A stretch of 64,000 nt of DNA from Torpedo marmorata (taxonomy: Eukaryota): positions 87,048,001 through 87,112,000 of the forward strand of contig OZ360219.1 of NCBI GenBank assembly GCA_977017645.1. Direction: 5' to 3'. The translations under genes were made by a program, and so were the position numbers. A model generated the notes under the pieces. It worked only from the letters and a program-made list of their open reading frames with translations, searched no databases and was not told the DNA's origin. Positions 1-12,943 of the stretch are shown here, in pieces (the first letter of the stretch is position 1; each line of letters starts with the position of its first letter).

Positions 1-1210
1 AGAAAAACACTGCAAAGTCTCATCATATTATTGTGTCATATTCCGATATACATTTTTTACTGAACATTGTATAGTCAACCATGTATTTTACTACATAGGA
101 CACTTGCTAATAACGTGGCCCCTGGGGTTGCTCCCCCCTCAGTTGTTTGAGGGACTTTCCACCAGTATCAGCTCCTCAATGGCCAGAAGCAGAAAAGACC
201 CAGGTCCTTCTCCACAAAGTCCTCGAGTTGGCTGCACCAAGCCTCAGTGCCTCCCTCAGCACGTACTCCTGCAGCCTGGAATGTGCCAGTCAGCAGCATT
301 CCCTCACTGATATCTTTCTGTGCTGGAAGACCAACATGTTTCGGACTGTCCAAGGGGCATCATTCACCGAGTTGATGATCTTCCAGCGTATCTTCCTGGA
401 TGTCTGTCTCTGCGAGCGTCCCCGTGAACAACCTGTAAATCAGAGAGTCCTCTTTTACATTGCTGCTGGAGATGAAATCTGACAAGGACCCTTGCAACTT
501 TTTCCACACACTCTCAGCATATCCACAGTTTAAAAAGAAAAGTGTGACCATCTCTTTCCTATCACTGTCATCTCGAGGACAACGTAGGATTGCCAGATTT
601 GCAAAATATAAATACAGGACACCCTGTTTAGATGACCGTGTTACCAATATTTTTAGTATATAAGTTTTTCCCATGTAGTAATATTATTTTATCTCAATGT
701 ACATATGTATATGCAAATTAGAAATCATTTGAATTTAAATTTGGACAGAGTGTCCTGTATTTCTATTTGGCAAATCTGGCAACCCGAGTTGGGAGTGTCG
801 TTCTAGTCACACAGGAAGGATCTGACTGGGAGGGCTCCTCTCACACCAATGAGGCCAAGTCCTGGTGCTTATCAGTGAATTCTGGTGATGATGCATTCAT
901 CCAGATGATCCAGTTTGTTCAGGGAACTACCCCACAGTACCAATCAAATCCTTGTCCCTCAGTTATCTGCAGGATGTTACATGCTGACCACTGCCTGATG
1001 GACTTTCAGTTGAAGATACTTGTCTGGAAAAATGTTTCTACAGTTGTGTGGCAATGTCCAACTGACTGGGACATTGTGTTGCAACGGGGCCAAGCCCATC
1101 CCTCGCATCACATGGGATGGGTAGATCCTCAACACATAGGAGCACTTGGTCCCCTCCTATTTTGGTTCCACGCAAAGCCTGTTGCAACCACACACAAAGG
1201 TGCTCAAATT
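1..1210 (-). mobile_element. Tx1-clade non-LTR retrotransposon, decayed ORF2 C-terminus and 3' region
   Basis: Minus-strand fragments RCPRDD...CGYAESVWKKLQGSL...DSLIYRLFTG and, after a frameshift, WKIINSVNDAPWTVRNMLVF...AHSRLQEYVLREALRLG resemble the Tx1 ORF2 zinc-knuckle/C-terminal region. Interrupted by a MITE at 585-787. Confidence 0.7.
585..787. mobile_element. MER53-like (hAT-Blackjack type) MITE
   Basis: Terminal inverted repeats TAGGATTGCCAGATTTGCAAAATATAAATACAGGACAC ... GTGTCCTGTATTTCTATTTGGCAAATCTGGCAACCCGA around an AT-rich interior. No clear TSD. Confidence 0.75.
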
Positions 1211-2530
1211 AACAAGATATAGGAGCAGAAGTAGGCCAATCGGCCCATCGAGTCTGCTCCGCTATTTTATCATGAACTGATCCATCCTCCCACTCAGCCC
1301 CACTTCCCGGCTTTCTTCCTTGATGCCCTGACTAATCAAATACCTGTCAATCTCTGTTTTAAATACACCGAACAACCTCGCTTCAACGGCCACCTGTGGG
1401 AACAAGTTCCATAGATTCACACCCTCTTGCTACAGAAGTTTTTCTACATCTGTTTTAAATTGATGCCCTTTTAGCCTGAAGTTGTCCCCTCTTGTCTTCG
1501 ACTCCCCTATCATGGAAAAAACCTTGTCACATCTACTCTGTCCAGGCCTTTCAGCATTTGAAATGCCTCTATGAGGTCCCCCTCATCCTTCTGTATTCCA
1601 GCGAGTACAGTCCAAGAGCCAACAAACGTTCCTCATATAACCACTAACCCTTTCATTCCTGGTATCATTCGAGTAAATCTTCTCTGAACCCTCTCCAACA
1701 CCAGCACATCTTTTCTTAAATAAGGCATCCAAAACTGTACACAGTACTCCAAGTGAGGTCTCACCAGTGCTTTATGGAGTCCTAACATTACATCCCTGCT
1801 CTTATATGCTATTCCTCTGGAAATGAATGCCAACATTGCATTCGCTTTCTTCACCACTGACTCAACCTGGAGGTGAACCTTTAGGGCATCCTGCACAAGG
1901 ACTCCAAAGTCCCTTTGCTCCTCTGAATTTTGAATATTCTCCCCATCCAAATCATAGTCTGCCTGACTATTTCTATCAAAGTGTTTGACTGTACACTTTC
2001 CAACATTGTATTTCATCTGCCCCTCTTTTCCCGTTCTCCTAATCTATCCAAGTCTCTCTGCAGCCTTTCAGTATGCTCAGCAACACCCACCCTACCAGCT
2101 ATTTTGGTATCATCTGCAAATTTAGCCACAAAGCCATCTATTCCATAATCCAAATCATTTGAATACAACATAAAAAAAAGCGGACCGAACACCAACCCCT
2201 GCGGAACACCACTGGTAACTGGTAGTCATCCAGAATAGGATCCCTTTATTCCTATTCTCTGCTTCCTGCCGATCAGCCAATGCTCTACCCATGCTAGTAT
2301 CCTTCCTGTAATTCCATGGGCTCTCATCTTATTAAACAGCCTCATGTGTAGCACCTTGTCGAAGGCCTTTTAAAAGTCCAAATGCACAACATCCACTGCA
2401 TCTCCCCTGTTATCCTACTTGTGATCTCCTCAAATAATTGCAGTAGGTTTGTCAGGCATGATTTTCCTTTAAGGACATGCTGACTTGGGTCTGTTTTGTC
2501 ATGCCCTTCTAAGTACTCTGTAACCTCATA
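1211..2530 (-). mobile_element. CR1-clade LINE (HER1-like), RT C-terminal half and 3' tail
   Basis: ORF fragments KGKSCLTNLL, KFADDTK, LVRPHLEYCVQFW...LERVQRRFTRMIPGM. Typical elasmobranch CR1 3' end at about 1215-1260. Frameshifted. Confidence 0.9.
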
Positions 2531-3278
2531 TTTTTTTTGGTTGTGGGCCACATACAGAAAAGGGTAAGGAGTCACGGGGCAAACAATATTAAGCCCAGCA
2601 GTTTTCAACCAGTTGCACTCCAAGGAAAATATGTGCTCTCGTCACATGCAATCGAGTTAAAATCAAAGGCACTAGCTTTGCCTGACACTTGCTGTTTTAA
2701 GTTAGCTGACAGGTCTTCGACTTGTCGGGCAACTGTTTTGTAGACATACTGACATTGTTGAATTCTTGAGTTTTCTCTGGGCACATTATCCCAGCAACTT
2801 TAATGAGGCACTCTTTAATAAAGTCACCATCCAAGAAGGGTTTTCCGTGCCAGGCGATGAGCTGAGCTCCCTCGTAGCTAGCCATTGTGGCATTTTCCTG
2901 TACTTTGTTGGCACAAAATAAACTGCTGCTGTTAACAGGCTAGCTGTCAGTTTAACTTTCTGCTCTTGCTCCGTGCAAGTGTACGAAGTGTAGGACTGAT
3001 GTTTCATTTTGTAGTGTCTTCGAACATTATAATCTTTTTTTTAACTAAGGTAATGTTATTTTTTTTACTCAGTTTTCATCGATGAGTAACATTGCAACAG
3101 TCGCTCCAGTTGTTGTTCCAAATGGCAGCAGTATCTGGTGTTGAAACTAAGAAGTGCAGTGGTAGCCCAGTAGTTGTTCAAAAGTGCAATTTATTGTTCA
3201 AGACTATGTTCTAACAGGCCACTTAAAAATGGGCAACGCACAGCAGTTGGCCCGTGGGCCGTAGTTTGGCCAGCCCTG
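2531..3278 (-). mobile_element. hAT (Charlie/SPIN-like) DNA transposon deletion derivative with GTF2IRD2-type transposase N-terminus
   Basis: Terminus CAGGGCTGGCCAAACTACGGCCCACGGGCC at 3278 on the minus strand. Peptides KDYNVRRHYKMKH and ASYEGAQLIAWHGKPFLDGDFIKECL. Sits inside the CR1 copy. Confidence 0.8.
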
Positions 3279-3780
3279 CAGTAGGCATTTCACAAACTCT
3301 CTCTCCTGAAATACCGTACCAACCTGCCTTTCCCAATCTACTTTAATGTTAAAATCACCATGATTATCATAATGTTGTCCTTCTGACATGCTTTTTCTAT
3401 TTCCTGTTGAATTTTGTAGTCCTCATCCCGGCTGCTGTTTGGAGGCCTATATATAACAGCCATGAGGGTTCATTTACCTTTACCATTCCTTAATTCAACC
3501 CATAAGGATTCTACCTCTTCTGATCCTATGTCACTTCTTTCCAATGATTTAATGTTGTTGCTTACCAGCAGAGACACGCCGCGCCCTCTGCTTACCTGCC
3601 TATCCTTTTGATACACCGTGTATCCTTGGATGTTTCACACCCAATTACCGGTACATCCATCCTTTAGCCATGAATCAGTAATGGCCACAACATCATACCA
3701 GCCAATCTATAGCTGTAGTGATCATCCACTTTGTTTCTAATGCTGCGTGCATTTAATTATAATACCTTTAGACAAGTTTT
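3279..3780 (-). mobile_element. CR1-clade LINE endonuclease-domain fragment (5' part of the 1211-2530 element)
   Basis: Minus-strand GDFNIKVDW...EFVKCL apurinic-endonuclease motif, in the same orientation as the downstream CR1 piece. Confidence 0.7.
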
Positions 3781-3879
3781 TGCATGCACTGGGTCTCTGT
3801 CAACCCTCCAGTTGCAATTTTGTCTCATCACCTGTCTGTCATCCTTGATGCATAGGATTAAAGTCCATTGCTCCTGTTG

Positions 3880-5100
3880 TCAAATGATTTGTACATGGTC
3901 ACCCATCGGATCCATTCCATTCTGGATCCACAGATGAACTGGAAGATGGTGAAGGCAGAGGGATGGTGGTTTGGCCAGAGTTGCACCAGGCACATCAGAC
4001 CCGGGAGCACCTCGTACCTGATGACCAAAATCTGCCCTGTTACTATGAGGGAGCGCCGCGTCTACAAACACAATTTCTGGTGGATCTTTGCGATCTGCTT
4101 CGACTAATTTTTGTTACATGCCCCAGCCCCTCTGAACAAGATCCCCAGCACTTTCAGGTAGTCGGGCATGTCTGTGAAGGAGTTGGCCAACCAGTTAGGC
4201 CAGTTCCAAAAAGTGTCGGCTTGATCTTCTTCCATTTAACTCATGCACCCAATGCCAAATCAAACTGGCTATAGATGATTAATCAGTCTGTGGACCAGTC
4301 GTGTAGGTGGCAATGTGAGCCATGTGCAAGGAGACTTCAGCCTGGGTAGCCCCATTGCCTGGCAATGTCACTCCTCTTCTGCCCATGTCCTTCCTGATGG
4401 ACACAGCAAAGGGCTCTGTGCAGCACAAAAACAAGAAAGGAGAGTGAGGACAACCCTGCCTAACTCCAGATTTGAAGGTGAAGCTGTTTCCCATTCATTC
4501 ATTCGAACTGCATGATGGATGTCCATGCAGAGCAGTTGAATCTAATTTTGAATTCCCTCCCCGAAGCCCATTCTGGCGACATCACCCATCATGGATGTGT
4601 GCAATATCCTGCCATAAGCCTTATGCTGGTCCAAACTGACCAGGCAGGAATCCACCCCACTGTCCTGAATGTTGGCGATGGCATCTCAGAATATTGCAAT
4701 GCGGTTAAAGATTTTCCTGTGCAGAACAGCACAGGTTTGGGTGGATCAACTGTCCCAGAGCAGAGTTGACCCGATTTAGAAATGCCCTTTGTAATCAATG
4801 TTCAACAATGAAATGTATCTCCGGATTCTGATGTTCTCTCTTTCACCTTCTGTTTGTAGTTGAGAGTGATGTTGCCCATCCCCATGGAGTCTGACATTTT
4901 GCCGCCAGGAGCATCCTGTTCTATACCTTCATCGTCCGTACCCATCCAGACCCACAGAGCCATGTACAATACAGCCAGTAAGCAGTTTTATTCGACTCAG
5001 AGGAACTGATGGGGTCTGTCAGCTCCTACAGGGTCAGTGGCTAATCCAGACAATCCTACTTGCTGTTGTCTAAGACTTCCCTTCTTGAGGTTAGGATGAT
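3880..5100 (-). mobile_element. Tx1-clade LINE reverse-transcriptase fragment (probably the same copy as 1-1210)
   Basis: Minus-strand SGVRQGCPHSPFLFLCCTEPFAVSIRKD...GVTLPG and ILRDAIA...LVSLDQHKAY. Many disablements. Confidence 0.75.
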
Positions 5101-5544
5101 CTGGGAGACTGGTATTAAAGGATCTACTGATTAAAAATATGGAAAATGCTTGCATCAAATTGTTTTTTCCTGAATGCTGGTCAATTTGTACTGACCATTT
5201 CTCGTTAAAGAGTTGTGTACATCCTGTCTCTGCCTTGCCAGTGCACTTTACAGATAACTATCTTTTCCTCCAAGTTTTATTTTGTAATATCTGTGTAAAT
5301 ATGAATTTTTCTTTGCTGGTTTGATACAATTGCGAGTCCTGTGTCATTGATTTGAGGACACTTTTCAAACCTTTCAAAGCTCCTGAATTCAGGAATGCTT
5401 TTAGGTTTTACAAGTGCTGAGTTTGTGTTGTGTAAGCTGACATTAACATGGGCAGTCCACTACCATGTCGTTTGAACAGGAACAAAAGTCAGTGAGTGTC
5501 ACCCATTCAGAGGGAATGTAAGGCACTGCTGATGTTTGAAAGTG

Positions 5545-6637
5545 GGGCAAAAAAATAACTCTCTCTCCTCCAGCATTTGTTCTCAGCTCCAGATTCCAGT
5601 ATCTGCACTCTCTTGTGTCTCCAGTTTACGATTTTACAAGCTATGCCCACTTCAAAGACATTCTTCCCCTCTCTCACTGCTCCTCCTGACTGTGTTTTCC
5701 ACCGCTCTCCTGCTCTCTGACATGCCCTTCCTCAGTACTTGTCTTTACTTCCATCTAATCACACTCGGTTTCCAGCTCTGTTTCCAGGCCCAGCCAGGAT
5801 CTCAGCCATGTACATTCAATATATATCTTCTCCCAATGGTTTCTCTCCCATGTCCCACACTCCACCACCTCTACTATGCATTGGTACCTTCCGGCCCTTT
5901 CTCTTTATATTTCATCGCTCTGTCTCGATTTTTCCAAAGGGTTGTCTGTAGGGCAATGGTATAAACAATGAATTTCAGGAACCTCTCACCTCCTGATTTC
6001 CCTCCTCTCTCCCTCTGATCCACCTCCGTGCAACCCATCCTCATTTTTTGTCCCCGTTCACAAAACTCCAATGACCCCCCCCTCCCCAGCTCTTCATTCT
6101 TTTTCATCACCCTTGCCCTCCTCGTTCCATCCATCTCATCCCAATCATTTCACCAACTGGATTTCACCCTTTCTGGTTCCATCTTGTTCCAACTGACCTT
6201 CACCTCACCCTGATGGTTCTGATTACCACCATTATCACCTTCTTCACTTATCAAAACCCATAACTAGCGGCCTTTGTTCTTGCTTATCACCTCCACCAGC
6301 TGTCTCCACCTTCATCCTCCCTTGGCCCATCTTGATCCATGTGCACTCCACATCTTTGTTATTTCCATTCTTTCTTTCATTGTCTGCAAGTTATCAATGC
6401 TTTGTCTCTGTCTCCAAAATCCATGCCTCCTCATTAACAGTCCTTAATCCTTCACTCCCCCTTGGTGCCCCAATCGCCTGCTGGCACCTGACACACCCCT
6501 CCCACCCTCTTCTCCTTATATTGGCAATCACCCCTCTTAACTCTCAGCCCTGAAGCAGGATCTTCAACCAGGATGTGGACAATTCTTTTTTGCACCACCG
6601 AAGCTGAGATGCACTGGCAGAGTGTTTTTTGCTCCAG
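5545..6637 (+). mobile_element. Highly decayed Penelope-like element remnants
   Basis: Tail motifs TCCAGCATTTG...CTCCAGATTCCAGTATCTGCACTCTCTTGTGTCTC (5560-5625) and CTGAAGCAGGATCTTCAACC...GTGTTTTTTGCTCCAG (6550-6637). A pyrimidine-rich tract between them resembles the younger element at 56110-58918. Confidence 0.5.
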
Positions 6638-6775
6638 AGGACAAGTAAGATGTCTAAACTGCAAAGGCGGTGTCCTGATACTTGGACAAAGATCATGCAG
6701 CAATTGACCAACCATCTGAAGTGGAGCCTGCAGGGAGAAGATCAGACAGGAATTTCAAGCTTTCTGCACCAGCAG
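6638..6775 (+). CDS. Candidate isolated internal exon (46 codons, phase 0-0), product unidentified
   Basis: TTTTTTGCTCCAG| acceptor and CAG|GTATGG donor, 138 nt. Only one frame is open: RTSKMSKLQRRCPDTWTKIMQQLTNHLKWSLQGEDQTGISSFLHQQ. No recognised homology. Confidence 0.3.
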
Positions 6776-7029
6776 GTATGGGACTTTTCCTTTTCAAATT
6801 GTTCAGTTTTTCGTTAAAAGTTTACCTGGCAAATGCTTACGAATTTATGCTGAGCGATTCTCCTTGAGGAGATTGGTCAGCCCTGTTTCTGCTTTGCCTT
6901 TCCCCTTGAAATGAAACTGTACCCTGAACAGAAGTGTTTTGTGTTGTATTAGTGTGTTGTGTTGGTAAGTGCTACCATATTGATAGCTGACTGCCTATTC
7001 AATTGAATGCTCAGAATTCATTCAAACCC

Positions 7030-8060
7030 CCTTGCACCGTCTGCTTGCAATCGGCCCGTCCCTTCCTATCCCGTCTGAAGTCCAGATACCTTGAATTGAC
7101 TTGCATTTCTTATCACAGGACTCTATTATTTTCAAATATCCCTTTCAGATCGGCCCTTCCATGCAAGTTGGTTGTGTTGAGAGAGTCCAGCCTGTCCAGT
7201 CCAAAGTCAGAGCCACGTTACTCCGAACACTATCTGCCTCCGAACAGAATCTCGATGCGACAATTTAGTGATGAATCTGAATTAATTTGCTCAGGCATGG
7301 TGCGAGATGATTTTTTGATTTGATGATTTCACTGAAATCTCAGGTGATTGCTCCCACTGTCTGTTGACAATACGCTACCACTGTCAACTTCAAACGATAT
7401 TCAGCGAAATAGTGAATTCCAAACAATTCGGGGACAGAAATCTCTTGAATCCAAACTTCCTATGAAAGCAGATGCCATTTGTTTCCATAATGCGATCTTT
7501 ATTGTCGATCAAGGAGTTCATCATTCCGTTTACTTTACCTCAGCACAATCTTGATTACTTTGCTTCATGTTGTTGCTGCGAATAATTGTTCGCGATTTTA
7601 ATTGTCGTTTGCTTCTTTGCATCCAGGATTTAACTAAATATGTGCAATTCTTAGGAGTGATCAAAATCTCAGCATCCACAGCAATACAGTAAGGAGACAC
7701 GCGAACCTCGCACATCCCAGAAGCGTGTCATCACCTCACCAGATATTGTGGAGAAACGCGCACTTTACACGAACATTTCCAATTGCTGCAATATTTCACT
7801 GCATAACACAAGGCGCGTTTCTACACGATTGTTATCCGACAGAGTGCTCGCCGAAACTTCCTCGCCATTCCTGAAATAGTTTTCACATGTCACCGAGTGA
7901 TCACGTCCAGCAGCTCACCTTGTGCTTTATTTCCTTCTCCAATGGTTTTTCTTAACACTGTTCTCTGTATGTTATTTCAATTCACCATCGTTGAACAATC
8001 CCTTCTTGGTAATTTCAGGTTGGAGAGAGGTGGTCGGTGTGAAATTACTTACAGCCGGTT
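7030..8060. promoter_or_regulatory. CpG-retaining tract (possible unmethylated or promoter region) at the array edge
   Basis: Many CG dinucleotides (e.g. GTTCGCGA, ACGCGAACCTCGC, AACGCGCAC, GGCGCGT, CTCGCCGA) in moderate-GC DNA, whereas the flanks are CpG-depleted. Confidence 0.35.
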
Positions 8061-9418
8061 AACAGTGAGATCTGTAAGTGCTACCTGTTGAGGTAACATT
8101 GCCCTTGTTCTGACACGTGATTGCTGGGTCCAGTGATTCCAGGGGAAATTTGTACAAACATTTTTTAAATTCACTTTTATGTAGAAATCGGACTCCTTCA
8201 TAAGTGAGTGACAACAGTCTCATCATCCCCAAGGCCCATGCAAAACAATGAAGAGAAACTGATTTACTGAAATATCTCAGCATCTTGTGTTGAGTTGCAA
8301 TTATTTTCACCAGATAATATCTACTTTAGATCAACCCTTCTTACATTTTACTACGCATATTTGCTGCAAAGACCAATATTCAGAAGGCATTTCTCCAGGA
8401 TGAAAATCTGATAAAGATTTCATGTAAACTTCCATGCCATTCATGAAATTGTTTTTTCCTGTCACTGAGAGATCAAGTCCAGCAGCTCACCTTATAATTT
8501 ATTTCCTCCTCCAAGGGTTTTCCTTCCATTCCCTGACTGCAGGAGGTGTGCATTGTATGGTCACTACAACAGTACAAAAGTGCATCATGATTGTTGGGAA
8601 CAAACGTATTAAGTGCTACCGGTTGAGGTGCCTTTACTTGTTAAATCAATATCAGCTAGAGAAGTTGACATTTATTCTGAGCTTTGTATTTGCATGTCAA
8701 ATATCTCCCTGCAATCTTTTCTGTGGAGTTCAGGTTGCCCACAGGTACACTTGAGGAGGTTAGACTGGAGGACAGACAAGAATTAAACCTATGCGGGTAC
8801 AGAAACTTTGCTTTTGAAATTGTTCATTTTTCCTTTTATCTGTGCATGATCTGATGTATTCTGTGCAATTCATCTCCAAGTGATTAAAGTCACATCATGC
8901 CAAGCATCCAGGCCAAACTATGAAGAGACAACTCGCTTCCTCAAATATCTCAGCACCTTGTCTTGATTATGTTTAGTAACAACAGATAATGTAAAGAAAA
9001 ATCTTCTTTTAAAGAAGGTTTTATTACCCAAATTTGCTTCAAAATTAGAGAACAATGTTCGGGATGTGATTCTTGACAATTATTATCTGACATCGTTTTT
9101 GACAAAACTTCCATGCCATTCAGGAATTTTCTGATGTCACTGACTGATCACGTCCAGCAGGTCTCCTAGCAATTCATTTCCTGTTCCAGGTGTCTCTCCT
9201 ATCCATGACTGCAGGAGAAATGCAATGTATTTTTACAACACAAGTGATGCTGAATACGTTTTGATAAAATTATCAAGTGCTATATATGCTAGAGTCTTTA
9301 CGTGTTAAATCGTCATCAGCTAGAAAAGGTGACAGTTTTCTGAGATATATTTTGGCATGTCAGATATTGAACTGAATTTTTTTTCACATGGAACAGGAGT
9401 TCAAGGTTCCTCATACTA

Positions 9419-11890
9419 TATAGACCTATTTCATTGTTAAATGTAGATTATAAGATAATGGCAAAAATTTTAGCAAATAGAATGGCTAATTATTTACCAG
9501 ATTTAATTCATGTAGATCAAGCTGGTTTTATTAAGAATAGATATTCAAAAGATAATATAGCTAGATTAATTAGTTTAATTAATTTACAAAAAAAGAAGGA
9601 AGATTTACCATTAGCATTAACGCTAGACGCCGAAAAGGCTTTTGATAGATTAGAGTGGAATTTTTTATTTAAGGTATTGGAGAAATTTGGTTTTGGAAGT
9701 ACATTTATTAATTGGATTAAAACTATATATAAAGAACCATCTGCTAAAGTAGTTACAAATGGACAAATTTCTTCAAGATTTCCTTTGACTCGGTCTACTA
9801 GACAAGGATGTCCTTTGTCACCAGCGTTATTTATTTTGGCGATAGAACCTTTGGCAGAATTAGTTAGAAAAGATCCTAAAATAGTAGGTATTAAAGTTGG
9901 AATGGAAGAACATAAAATTAGTTTATTTGCACATGATGTATTGACATATATGACAAAATCTACTACATCTTTAGTACAATTGTCTACGTTATTGAGAGAA
10001 TATGGGGAAATATCTGGATATAAAATTAATTCTGATAAAAGTGAAATGATGGCATTATCACAAGGGGATTATAGTAAATGTAAAGAAATTACACAATTTA
10101 AATGGGCAAAGGAAGGAATTAAATATTTGGGAATAAGGATTGACAGAAAATTGGCTAATTTATATAAATTAAATTATTTACCATTATTTATGAAAATAAA
10201 AAAGGATTTAGAAATTGGAAAGATTTACCTATAACTTTAATGGGAAGAGTAAATTGTATTAAAATGAATGTTTTTCCAAGAATTCAATATCTTTTTCAAT
10301 CAATTCCTTATGAAATTCCTCAAAATTTAAAAAAAGATTTAAATTCTAATTATTAGAAAATTTTTATGGAAAGGAAAGTTAGCAAGAGTAGGTATGGAAA
10401 AACTAACTTGGAATTATGAAATGGGTGGTTTACAACTTCCTAATTTCCAAAATTATTATAAAGCAGCTCAATTAAAATTTGTTAATGAATTTTTTGATTC
10501 AACGAAATCTTCTGCTTGGATTAAAATAGAATTAAATAATATAGGAGAAGATTCCAAAGAAGAAGTTATTTATAAATGGGATTCTAAATTAATATCAACA
10601 AGAAAGAAAAATTCTCCTATTCTTAAACATTTGTTAGAAATATGGAATAAGACGGATAAGGAAATAGGAGGAAAAGGATTGATTTCTTTAAGGATGCCTT
10701 TATATCAAAATTGACTTATTCCATTTACTATTAATAATCAATTATTTAAAATTTGGTTTCAAAAAGGAATTAAGAAAATAAATGAATGTTTTGAAGCTGG
10801 GAAATTTATTACTTTTCAAAGATTGAAAGATAAATTTAATATATTAGATAATACACTTTTTGCTTATTATCAAATTAGAGCTTTTCTGATTGAGAAATTA
10901 GGTTATGCTTTGATTTTACCAAGACAGAATAAATTAGAATTATTAGTTACTAAAGGAGATGTAAATAAATTTATTTCTCAAATGTATAAATTGTTTCAGA
11001 GGAAAATTCCTAAAGTAGGAATTCATAAATCAAGATTAAAATGGGAATTAGATTTGAATGTAACAATAGATGAAAATCATTGGAAAGAATTATGTAAATT
11101 AAGTATGACGAAGATTATTAATGTTAGATATAGATTAGCACAATACAATTTTTTTCATCAATTATATTTAACACCTAAAAAACTAAAGAAATTTAATCCG
11201 ACATTATCACGTTTATGTTTTAGATGTAATAAAGAGGAAGGTTCTTTTGTACATTCTACATGGTTTTGTCCAAAAGTTTATGATTTTTGGTTGAAAGATA
11301 AAATTTTTTTAGATAAAGTATTTAAGATTACATTTCCAATGGATCCTATGATATTTTTGTTTGGAGATATTAGAAAATTTAGTATGAAGATGAAATTAAA
11401 TATGTATCAAATAGAATTTTTGCGAATTGCTTTAGCTGTTTCAAATAAATGTATTGCTATTACTTGGAAATCTGATCTCGATTTAGGGTTAGAATGATGG
11501 CATGCAGAACTTCGTTCATGTATACCACTTGAAAAAATTACTTATAAGTTACGGAATAAATATAATTTCTTTTTAAAAATATGGAGCCCTGAAAATGAAA
11601 GCTGTTGGCTTAAGGATTTGAAGATCTCTGGACATTGGATCTACTGGCTACCTAACCTCCATAATAGAATTAGTTTATAGATGTATTTATTAGATTGACA
11701 TTCTCCTTACCTTATCCTTTTCTCTTTCTTCTCTTTCTTTTTATTATTTTATTAGATTAGTGGGGTTGGGAGGGTTGGGGAGGGGAGGAAGGGACGGTGG
11801 GTGAAAATGTAGCACAAGTATTTGATAATTTCATATTTTATTTTATGTATTTTGTGATTTAAAATTTTTAAATAATATAATATTAAAAAA
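9419..11890 (+). mobile_element. 5'-truncated L1 LINE (ORF2 RT to 3' end)
   Basis: Begins YRPISLLNVDYK, then LDAEKAFD, RQGCPLSP, FAHD, and C-terminal CFRC...HSTWFC. G-rich 3' UTR tract and A-tail. 16-bp TSD AAG(G/C)TTCCTCATACTA at 9403-9418 and 11891-11906. Frameshifts and stops. Confidence 0.95.
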
Positions 11891-12064
11891 AAGCTTCCTC
11901 ATACTAGATTGGTACACTTGGGGAAGTCATATTGGAGGACAGAATGGAAATAAATCCATTCATCCCGTGCGGGTACGGAAACTTTCCATTAGAAATTGTT
12001 CATATTTTACAATAGTTTTGTTCAGAAGTGCAGAAAATATTTGGTGGGCATTTCATCTAAAGAA

Positions 12065-12295
12065 GGCGGCATGGTTGGCGTAGCGGTTAACGCAGCGTCT
12101 TTACAGCTCCAGCAATCGGGACTGGACTGTAAGGAGTTTGTACGTTCTCCCTGTGTCTGCGTGGGTTTTCTCCAGGGGCTCCGGTTTCCTTCCACCATTC
12201 AAATCATATCAGGGGTGTAGGTTAATGGGGTGTAAATTGGGTGGCACGGACTCGTGGGCTGAAATGGCGTATTACCGTGCTGTATGTCTAAATTT
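12065..12295 (+). mobile_element. tRNA-derived V-SINE (HE1-like), internally deleted
   Basis: A-box head TGGCGTAGCGG, V-domain GGAGTTTGTACGTTCTCCC...CCGGTTTCCT, and CR1-type tail TTACCGTGCTGTATGTCTAAA. Confidence 0.9.
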
Positions 12296-12943
12296 ACAAC
12301 TGGGTTCAGACTTGCCATTCCAATGACAGACATCTGTTTCCTGAACTGCAGCATTTTCCTGTGCATTCAGTGGTAAGTGCTGCCATGTTTAGGTGACGAC
12401 TGTCTTTCCCATCAACTGCAAGATGAAGATTTGTCCAGATCTGTTTACAAACAGTCAGTAGGAAATTTTCTAAGCTGATAATTTGAGATAATTTATGCCA
12501 AATCTAACGCTGCCATTCATGAAATTCTTTTGTCCTCTCACTGAGAGATCATGTGCACCAGCTCACCTTTTACTTTATTTCATTTTCGAAGGGGTGTTCT
12601 TCCTTATCATGATGACCGCAGTGGTGTTCAATGATTGTTGGGTACAAAAATATTAAGTGCTATGTCTTTCGTTTCTTTACTTGTCGAATCATAATCCACT
12701 GGAACAATTGTATTTCTACAAGGCAAACATCTGTCCCTCTCTGAATTGTTCTTTGCAATACGTGTGCACAATTCATTGTCCTGGTTTGATACGCTTGCAG
12801 GTCCTGTGACTGATCGAAAGGCTAAAAAGATTCGATCCACCAAACCTGATGCAGGATTTTTCGGTTTGCAATACTTGATGTGCTGCTATGGAAAGTTACC
12901 TTTTTAAATTGTTCGTTTTCCTAAAAAAAAACATTTGCTATTT

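Noticed and set aside
11762-11801. G-quadruplex-forming tract as a novel regulatory element (also 44987-45028)
   Set aside because: It is the ordinary G-rich tract of the L1 3' UTR.
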